From a virus (Duplodnaviria; Caudoviricetes): 64,000 bases of DNA. How positions within the stretch are numbered: the stretch's first letter is position 1; every line of letters begins with the position of its first letter. Made by a program: the position numbers and the translations under genes. The DNA lies in IMG/VR virus record IMGVR_UViG_3300024235_000344, positions 4,982 to 68,981 of that record, one strand, 5' to 3'. Below the pieces are notes generated by a model. It was not told where the DNA came from. It did not search any database and saw only the letters and a list, made by a program, of their open reading frames with translations. Shown in pieces: positions 57,664 to 64,000 of the stretch.

Positions 57664-58071
57664 TTAAAAATCACCTTCTATAAGTGAATCATACGCTTTT
57701 ACCAATTGAGGGTCATCAGCATAAGACTCTTGCTTTAATATATCAACAGCGTCGAATACCTTTTCAATTATTTGATTAATTTTGTCTTCTAATTCTGGTA
57801 CTTCTTCTTTAAGTTGTTCCAGTAAATTTACAGCACTTTCGCCAGCATGATTTTCACCATCTTCTGCTTGAGGGTATGCGAAACCGTAATGCTCTTCAAA
57901 TGCTTCAGCCCCGAACTGCTCGTAATATGAATCTTGTTCAGCACTAATAGCATCTTTACCTCTCATTATATTTTTTTCTCTGCTTTCGTTATCTTCATAA
58001 CCTTCGTTAATAAGAGGTTTAGATACAGCGTAAGCTTCAAAGATTGAGTTTATGTCAGTTTTATTATTCAT
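57664..58071 (-). CDS. Acidic late protein
   Basis: 'DINSIFEAY' N-terminus; TAAATA upstream. Confidence 0.6.
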   Translation of the reverse strand: MNNKTDINSIFEAYAVSKPLINEGYEDNESREKNIMRGKDAISAEQDSYYEQFGAEAFEEHYGFAYPQAEDGENHAGESAVNLLEQLKEEVPELEDKINQIIEKVFDAVDILKQESYADDPQLVKAYDSLIEGDF

Positions 58072-58082
58072 ATAATTATTAT

Positions 58083-58496
58083 TTAGTTAAATCTATATTT
58101 AGGATCGTTAGCTCCTGCTAAGTAACCTTTAAGTATTTCACTTAACGATGAAACTTCCATTGCTACTCTAGCAATCTTCTTTGTTTCAGAGTTTGAAATA
58201 CTATCAAAAATCGTATCAGCTTCTGCGGAATTTAAAGATGTTTGAATACTATCTGTAGTACCGTTAAGGTAATTAGAAAATTCATCCATTCTATTAATCC
58301 ACTCACTTAACTCATCAAACATCTCTCTTTGTTGAGAATTGACAGGGCTACCATCAGCTGTTTCAGGCATGTCAATATCAAAATCCCCAGCATCTGTTTC
58401 TGGATCTAAAGTTGATTGCATTGCTTCAGGATCAGTAAGTTGCTCTTCATCTTGCTCATTGAGAAACTTAATAAATTTTTTACTATATAAACTCAT
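58083..58496 (-). CDS. Acidic late protein
   Basis: TATAAATA-N5-ATG; 'KFIKFLNEQ'. Confidence 0.65.
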   Translation of the reverse strand: MSLYSKKFIKFLNEQDEEQLTDPEAMQSTLDPETDAGDFDIDMPETADGSPVNSQQREMFDELSEWINRMDEFSNYLNGTTDSIQTSLNSAEADTIFDSISNSETKKIARVAMEVSSLSEILKGYLAGANDPKYRFN

Positions 58497-58501
58497 ATTA
58501 T

Positions 58502-58513
58502 TATTTATAAATA
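58502..58513. promoter_or_regulatory. Overlapping divergent late promoters
   Basis: TATTTATAAATA gives TATAAATA on both strands, each exactly 5 nt from an ATG (58496 and 58519). Confidence 0.75.
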
Positions 58514-58518
58514 TTTAT

Positions 58519-58890
58519 ATGCAAAACAAAGGAAAACTCAAAATGTTTGTTGATCACTTATTAAGTGAAGATCAGATACCTGATTCTAGCCGACAGGTTA
58601 ATGGTATATCTTCAGATACACCACCTCAGCAAGTAGATGTTAACAGTTTACTTAAACAACAATCATCAGACGATAAAGCTCCGAAATTAAACCAATACCC
58701 TTTAAATGCATTCAATGAAATATCATCTGACCTATTTATAAATGTTCAAAATATTATAAGCATGCTCAAATCAGCTTACAATAACCCGAGTATTAAAGAT
58801 AAAAATAGTGTACAAGAGTGTTATGAGGTAGCTAACTCTATAGAACAAAAAATAGTTGATTTATCTAAAAAAGTCGGTAAAATCAAATAA
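58519..58890 (+). CDS. Hypothetical late protein
   Basis: Start set to 58519 by TATAAATA-N5-ATG. Confidence 0.6.
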   Translation: MQNKGKLKMFVDHLLSEDQIPDSSRQVNGISSDTPPQQVDVNSLLKQQSSDDKAPKLNQYPLNAFNEISSDLFINVQNIISMLKSAYNNPSIKDKNSVQECYEVANSIEQKIVDLSKKVGKIK

Positions 58891-59264
58891 TGATAAAATT
58901 TATAGTTTCAATAGTACTAACATTATGTATTAGTACTCTCTTTAGCCTCATATTTATTGATAACTTTAAAGTCGTATTTGCAATTGCAACTATATTACAA
59001 TTTATTGGGTTTTATCTGTTCAATACTGCATATGAAAATTTGCTTAAAAAGAAAGCAATTCAATTGTCTATAGATTTTGAAAAAGAACGTGCTAGAAATG
59101 TGGTTACTGTTAACTGCCCGTGTAGTGAAAATAACCAGCAATCAATTCAAATGACATTAAATGAAGATACAATATATGAATGCTCAAAGTGTAAGAAAGA
59201 AATAAGAGCTAGCAATAATGTAAGCACATTAATGACAACAGTACCAATGTATATACAACGATGA
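58890..59264 (+). CDS. Two-TM membrane protein with C-terminal Zn-ribbon-like Cys pairs
   Basis: Two hydrophobic helices; 'CPCS' and 'CSKC'. Confidence 0.6.
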   Translation: MIKFIVSIVLTLCISTLFSLIFIDNFKVVFAIATILQFIGFYLFNTAYENLLKKKAIQLSIDFEKERARNVVTVNCPCSENNQQSIQMTLNEDTIYECSKCKKEIRASNNVSTLMTTVPMYIQR

Positions 59265-59665
59265 GTTCAATTGAAAAACTAACTAACAATATACCAAGTT
59301 CAACACTTATATCTCAAGTTGAAGTAAATAAATTCCCTTTCGATGAACTCAAATTAGCATTAAAGGATTCTTTAGAAATGGATAACTACGATGCTTTTAT
59401 ACAAGGTATGGTGAAACAAAAAAATAATAAAAAGGTTGATATATTAAAGGTTTTTCTAGAATCCTTGTATAATGATATAAATGATATTAACAGTAAACAT
59501 ACCGGTGATGATAAATCATTCTTTAATATTAATAAGAAAATTTTAATAACGAACTTGCAAAACTCTCATGAAATTTTAAAAATGTATGGTATAGGGGATG
59601 ATAAGTTAATATATTCACTGTTAGGAACACTGATACAATATATATATGAAAGAAACGAACAGTAA
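59261..59665 (+). CDS. Hypothetical protein
   Basis: Coupled ORF, 134 aa. Confidence 0.6.
   Translation: MSSIEKLTNNIPSSTLISQVEVNKFPFDELKLALKDSLEMDNYDAFIQGMVKQKNNKKVDILKVFLESLYNDINDINSKHTGDDKSFFNINKKILITNLQNSHEILKMYGIGDDKLIYSLLGTLIQYIYERNEQ
59624..59639 (+). promoter_or_regulatory. GGAAC-N5-TACAAT promoter motif
   Basis: GGAAC ACTGA TACAAT, 6 nt before ATG 59646. Confidence 0.5.
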
Positions 59666-59909
59666 TAAAGAAGAATATAGTATGGATTTTTTAGCTAGAT
59701 TTGCATGCTTATACGAAGGTGTTAATTTAGCATGCCAGCGAGCAGAACGAATTGGTTATAATTCAGAAAAAAGTAATGTTTGGATTAAACCAGGAGCATT
59801 TCAAAAGTATGTTGCAGAGCGATATGGTGATATGAAATATAATATGGAACAAGAACAACGAGGTATACAAGTAGATGAAATTTATCCCTGGGACCAAGTT
59901 TATAAATAA
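59646..59909 (+). CDS. Hypothetical protein
   Basis: 87-aa ORF behind a GGAAC motif. Confidence 0.6.
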   Translation: MKETNSNKEEYSMDFLARFACLYEGVNLACQRAERIGYNSEKSNVWIKPGAFQKYVAERYGDMKYNMEQEQRGIQVDEIYPWDQVYK

Positions 59910-60084
59910 TACTACTAGTAATACTAAGCTATTTAAACGAGGAGTTGTTTATAATTTAGCTAATATTAAACTAGTAGAGGAAAAATATGAATATACATTT
60001 ATATTACCTGATAAAACACCAAAAAAGGTAAAGTTTGAAAGTATTAAAATAGCTGATGAATTCTTACAGACTATTTTAGTTTAA
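59875..60084 (+). CDS. Hypothetical protein
   Basis: 69-aa ORF. Confidence 0.5.
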   Translation: MKFIPGTKFINNTTSNTKLFKRGVVYNLANIKLVEEKYEYTFILPDKTPKKVKFESIKIADEFLQTILV

Positions 60085-60866
60085 TAATAGTCACCATATA
60101 CGTCAGTATCATTAATAGACATATCAAAGACGTCTTCTTTACTGACACTATCCACATTATATAAGTCGTAATCTTCCTTTTTAGTTTGTGTTTGTTCATT
60201 AACACCGCCACTTAACCGACCAGCAAACGTATCTTCATAAATTTGACTATTACCTGATATACCACTAGTCAAATTATTGAAAGGTATATTTGGTTCGAAA
60301 CTATAATCTAGCCGTTTTGCTTTTATTAAGAAGACGTAATGACCAGCTAAGTTATTAATTTGAGCAATATCTTCATCAAGCTTTTCAGTTATTTCAAAAT
60401 ACTTAGCTTGTCGGTTATTAGGTCTATCATCACCGTATTCACTCAATTGAAATATATCACCAGCTTTAGGTTCAACAATATTATATTGAGTATCCCAAAC
60501 AGCACTTAAAGTGTAAAATTCATCATAAAAAGATGATATATGGATATATGCAGTTATATCATCATCACTTTCAAACCCAAATTGAGATAATGTTATTGCA
60601 TTTTCATTTAACTTCGCAGCAATAATTATTTCTCTTGGGTCTGCAAATACTTTTGTAGGTTCTTCACCATATAAATTATTTGCACTTAATGTATTGAAAG
60701 TATTAACAAAATATTTCACTTTAACACCGAATTGGTTAATTTCTTCTCTCCACCAGTTACTAAATAAAAAGCGTTCAGATTCTTGAATACTCTTATCGGT
60801 AAATCTATAGCATGCTTGATCAACTACTTGCATGCCTGGGTAGCAATCATTATAATCTGCACTCAT
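60081..60866 (-). CDS. 14: Neck/head-closure protein gp14-like
   Basis: 'FGVKVKY', 'LYGEEP..VF', 'LSQFG....DD', 'PKAGDIF', 'FEIT'. Confidence 0.65.
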   Translation of the reverse strand: MSADYNDCYPGMQVVDQACYRFTDKSIQESERFLFSNWWREEINQFGVKVKYFVNTFNTLSANNLYGEEPTKVFADPREIIIAAKLNENAITLSQFGFESDDDITAYIHISSFYDEFYTLSAVWDTQYNIVEPKAGDIFQLSEYGDDRPNNRQAKYFEITEKLDEDIAQINNLAGHYVFLIKAKRLDYSFEPNIPFNNLTSGISGNSQIYEDTFAGRLSGGVNEQTQTKKEDYDLYNVDSVSKEDVFDMSINDTDVYGDYY

Positions 60867-61204
60867 CTTTTTATAATAAAGTTTTTAGTTTTGTCATCAT
60901 AATATAGCTGTATACCAGTGCTTCCTAATTTTTTAATTTCACCTTTAATTGGTATAACATTATATTCCGTTCTGATATATTCTAAGTCTTTACGATCACA
61001 TACTCTCATACCATGGCTATCTTTCAGAGATTCAATTTTAGAATTTTTTGATGGATCAATTTTTACGTAATCAGGTATAATTTTTTCACTATTTCTACTA
61101 TAACCGTTGCTTGAAGCTTTTGGTATAGCTCTCCGATGTCGATGATTTACACCTACTTGAGGACCGTTATATTTGTTCTCAAAAAACTTTTTAAAAAGCT
61201 GCAT
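60863..61204 (-). CDS. Basic late protein
   Basis: TATAAATA (61210-61217)-N5-ATG; 'MQLFKKFFEN'. Confidence 0.6.
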   Translation of the reverse strand: MQLFKKFFENKYNGPQVGVNHRHRRAIPKASSNGYSRNSEKIIPDYVKIDPSKNSKIESLKDSHGMRVCDRKDLEYIRTEYNVIPIKGEIKKLGSTGIQLYYDDKTKNFIIKR

Positions 61205-61221
61205 ATTTATATTTATACAAA

Positions 61222-61254
61222 AAAAAGCTGCAACCAATAAAGTTGCAGCTTTTT
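61222..61254. terminator. Intrinsic terminator
   Basis: AAAAGCTGCAAC-CAATAAA-GTTGCAGCTTTT perfect stem after 61272..62102. Confidence 0.85.
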
Positions 61255-61271
61255 AAATTTACTTTTAAATC

Positions 61272-62102
61272 TTAAGCAAACAAGTCACCTGTTTTACCAG
61301 CTTTACCTGAAACTACTGCTTTCTTTGATTGAAGCTTATGACCTGCTGAATCTGGAAGATCATGACCTTCTCCATTTCCAACCTTCTTCAAGCTACCTTG
61401 TGCTTTACCACCTGAAGTTCTAACAGTACCTACTGTATTCTTACGGCTTGTAAGTGAATGGCCAGCTGAATCAGGAACTTCCTTTAATTCGGTAGCTTCG
61501 TCGACTGTTTCATCTTCATCTTCATCTTCTTCTGCTTCTTCAAAAGCATCAAAACCGCCTTCACCTTCATCTTCACCTTCATCTTCATCTTCGTCGGATA
61601 ATTGATCCATTAACATATCATGAAGCTTTTGAGCTGTTTCACGATCTAAGGTTAATGTAATTTCGTCTGTTTCTTCAACTTCAGCATCACCTTCATCTCC
61701 TGCGTCAATGCCGAGTGCTTCGAGTTCATTTTGGTCGTCCTCAGACATTACCGATTCAAATAACTTATCAAATGTAGATTTCATGTAATTATTTATAGAT
61801 TCTTTTATCTTTTTTCCAACCTTTTTATCATAATTCTCAGAAGAAAAATCTTCGCTATCATATAATTCATCCTTTTTCTTAGATTTTTTAGGGTCAATCG
61901 GGTCTTTTAGACCTTCTACATTACTAGGACCTGTTGATTTACCATTTTGTAACTTCTTATTTTTATCACTGTTTAAATCAGCTGGACCTTTACCTGGCTT
62001 AACGCCAAATTTAGCAGCTTTTTCACCAGGTACGTTTTCTGATAAAATATTAGTGGAATATGTATCCCAAATTTCTGTAAGTGTATTTGCCCGACTAGTC
62101 AT
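61272..62102 (-). CDS. Highly acidic late protein, possible prohead core/scaffold component
   Basis: TAAATA-N5-ATG; internal 'MKSTFDKLFES'; E/D-rich tract; repeated 'PDSAGH'. Confidence 0.5.
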   Translation of the reverse strand: MTSRANTLTEIWDTYSTNILSENVPGEKAAKFGVKPGKGPADLNSDKNKKLQNGKSTGPSNVEGLKDPIDPKKSKKKDELYDSEDFSSENYDKKVGKKIKESINNYMKSTFDKLFESVMSEDDQNELEALGIDAGDEGDAEVEETDEITLTLDRETAQKLHDMLMDQLSDEDEDEGEDEGEGGFDAFEEAEEDEDEDETVDEATELKEVPDSAGHSLTSRKNTVGTVRTSGGKAQGSLKKVGNGEGHDLPDSAGHKLQSKKAVVSGKAGKTGDLFA

Positions 62103-62114
62103 ATAAATATTTAT
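62102..62114. promoter_or_regulatory. Palindromic divergent late promoter ATAAATATTTAT
   Basis: Serves terL-N (+) and 61272..62102 (-) within a 15-nt gap. Confidence 0.7.
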
Positions 62115-62117
62115 TGA

Positions 62118-62768
62118 ATGGTAGCTAAAAATAAACAAAATTATATGAATAACCCTGATTTACCAAATGTCGGGGCCGAATTTGAATATACACCTAAGAT
62201 GATAAAAGAGCTTAAAAAGGCTCAAAACAACTTATTATATTTTGCTGAAAACTTTTTTCATATCATTTCACTAGATGATGGTAAGCAAAAGATAAACCTC
62301 CATTACTGCCAAAAACGAGCTTTACGTAAAATGCGTGATAATAGATTCTTTATATTATTAGCATCCAGACAAATCGGTAAGACTACAATGATGACAATTT
62401 ATGCTTTATGGATTGCTTGCTTTAATAATGATCAACGAATTTTAATTGTAGCTAATAAGGAAGGCACTGCTATTGAAATTATGAATAGAATTAGATTAGC
62501 ATATGAAGAGCTACCTAATTGGTTAAAGCCAGGGGTTAAAGAATATGGTAAGACTGCAGTAACGTTAGCAAATGGTACGAGAATAGGTATATCAACTACA
62601 ACAGGTACAGCAGCTCGTGGTCAATCAGTAAATTGTGTTGATGGTAGTACAGTTGTAACTTTAAGAGACAAAGAGACACGAGCAGTATTCGATATAAACA
62701 TGGAAGACCTTTCAGGTATGTTAGAAGGTAATGGTGAAATACCAACAGTTATCGATTTTAATGGGTAA
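62118..62768 (+). CDS. 17: Terminase large subunit gp17, N-terminal fragment fused to split intein IntN (62634-62765)
   Basis: 'YFAENFFHI', Walker A 'ASRQIGKTT', 'ANK', 'LPNWLKPG', 'RGQSVN' then intein block A 'CVDGSTVVTL'; stop after 44 intein residues. Confidence 0.93.
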   Translation: MVAKNKQNYMNNPDLPNVGAEFEYTPKMIKELKKAQNNLLYFAENFFHIISLDDGKQKINLHYCQKRALRKMRDNRFFILLASRQIGKTTMMTIYALWIACFNNDQRILIVANKEGTAIEIMNRIRLAYEELPNWLKPGVKEYGKTAVTLANGTRIGISTTTGTAARGQSVNCVDGSTVVTLRDKETRAVFDINMEDLSGMLEGNGEIPTVIDFNG

Positions 62769-62798
62769 ATGCATACTCATCGAAAATGAACCGTTAAG

Positions 62799-62806
62799 TA
62801 TAAATA
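62799..62806 (+). promoter_or_regulatory. Late promoter TATAAATA inside the fractured terL locus
   Basis: Exact consensus 5 nt before the endonuclease ATG 62812. Confidence 0.7.
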
Positions 62807-62811
62807 TTAAT

Positions 62812-63642
62812 ATGAATCGAAACGATCCTGATATTAATAGAAAGTATAACTATGTGTATAAAATTGCAAATACAGTTAATGGTATGGAGTATATTGGCGT
62901 TCATAGAACGGATAATATAGATGATGGTTATATGGGATCAGGTAAGCTGGTGAAGAGGTCTATTGCAAAGCATGGTAAAGAAAATTTTACTAAAGAAATA
63001 TTAGAATACTTCCCTACCTACCGTGAAGCTTTAATAAAGGAAAAGGAGATCGTTACATTGGAGTACGCTAATAGAGACGATACATACAATCTAAGGGAAG
63101 GTGGTTATGGTAAGTGTGAATGGTCAGATAAATGGAAAAAGGAGTTTTCTGAGTATAAGAAAGCGCAATGGGCTGATGCTGATTGGCGAAAGGAGATGGT
63201 TGAAAAAATATATACAAATGAACGTGCTGAAAAAATATCACGTTCATTAAAAGGCAAATCTAGAGAAAATCCACAAAATAGAGATCTAGAAAAAATTCGT
63301 AAAACAGCTGAAGCGCATAGAGGTATGAAGAGATCTGAGCAAGCAAAACGCAATATGTCTAATGCAGCTAAAAATGCATCGAAAGAAGTGAAGCTAAAAC
63401 GAAGTGGTAAAGGGATGGTATATATTCACAATCAAGTGACCGGAGAAGTAAAGAGGGTTGAGAAAGGCACTACTATCGAAGGGTGGTTACCTGGTAGTGG
63501 CTCTAAAAAGAGTAATAAATATAAAGGTATGAATAAAGGTACATATTTCGGTTATAATGAAGATACTCTTAAAATAAAAAGATTCCAAAAAGATGATGAA
63601 CTACCGACTGGTTGGAAGAAAGGACGACCTAGCAAAAAATAA
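62812..63642 (+). mobile_element. Free-standing GIY-YIG homing endonuclease (Seg-like) with NUMOD3-like motifs
   Basis: 'YNYVYKIANTVNGMEYIGVH', 'DDGYMGSG', 'YNLREGG', 'HRGMKRSEQAKRNMS'; sits between the intein halves. Confidence 0.88.
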
Positions 63643-63644
63643 TT

Positions 63645-64000
63645 ATGGCAGATTTATATAGACATAAAACGTTTAAAAATACTAATTTCGAAGTATTAAC
63701 TGATGAAGGGTTCAAAGACTTTAAAGGTATTATAGTAGGTGATAATAAGGATAAACTAAAATTGTCATTTAAAAGTAGCAAATTTGTTATATGTACACCT
63801 AAACACAAGATTACATTATGCTCAAACGGTACATACAAATACGCTAGCGAATTGAATGTTGGTGATATTATATACGGAGATGAGGTGGTTACTAGTATTG
63901 ATGTAATTCAAAACAATGACAAGGTGTATGAATTATTGCATGTAGCTGATAATCATAGATACTATGCAAATGGTATCTTATCTAATCAATGTTTAATTCT
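63645..64000 (+). CDS. 17: Split intein IntC (115 aa) fused to terminase C-terminal fragment (truncated by window edge; not in ORF track)
   Basis: Manual translation: MADLYRHKTFKNTNFEVLTDEGFKDFKG...CTPKHKI...LNVGD...VYELLHV...YYANGILSNQ|CLI; junction restores RGQSVN-CLIL before the expected Walker B DE. Confidence 0.9.
   Translation, partial: MADLYRHKTFKNTNFEVLTDEGFKDFKGIIVGDNKDKLKLSFKSSKFVICTPKHKITLCSNGTYKYASELNVGDIIYGDEVVTSIDVIQNNDKVYELLHVADNHRYYANGILSNQCLI

Noticed and set aside
62769-63644. Group I intron interrupting terL or the intein
   Set aside because: Only 43 nt and 2 nt of non-coding sequence flank the endonuclease ORF, leaving no room for a ribozyme core; the downstream half has its own ATG
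1-64000. tRNA, rRNA or CRISPR arrays
   Set aside because: Intergenic gaps are short and AT-rich with no cloverleaf or repeat-spacer pattern by eye; tRNAscan-SE would be decisive
1-64000. Host assignment (e.g. Bacteroidota from the missing SD and Hc1; cyanobacteria from phoH and T4-like genes)
   Set aside because: TATAAT-type promoters do not fit Bacteroidota consensus, and no photosynthesis genes are in the window; evidence is insufficient

Overview
The window is a gene-dense, strongly AT-rich segment of a large T4-like (myovirus-type) bacteriophage genome, probably aquatic; the host cannot be assigned. It carries the T4-like replication/recombination core (uvsY, uvsW, gp55 late sigma, gp47, gp46, gp43 polymerase, uvsX, gp41 helicase, gp32, gp45, rnh, gp61 primase) and a gp14-like neck gene. 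At the right edge is a terminase large subunit gene fractured by a free-standing GIY-YIG homing endonuclease, with the two halves carrying a naturally split intein (44-aa IntN; 115-aa IntC ending Ser-Asn-Gln/Cys). Accessory content: a dispersed 7-deazaguanine pathway (folE2, queD, queE, queC, and a free-standing class II glutamine amidotransferase followed by GNAT, DUF5664-type dNTP diphosphohydrolase and a glycosyltransferase; no dpdA/tgt in the window), an 11-gene sugar-tailoring cluster with an amidinotransferase, a rhamnose pathway using a plant/giant-virus-type bifunctional epimerase-reductase, and about eight glycosyltransferases. Many unknown late genes share a capsid-targeting-like N-terminus. 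Three promoter classes can be read directly from the sequence: TTGAnn-N16-TATAAT, GGAAC-N5-TATAAT and late TAAATA. Nearly all lie 5-9 nt from the start codon with no Shine-Dalgarno. All family assignments come from motif recognition by eye; no database search was run. No tRNA, rRNA or CRISPR array was seen.
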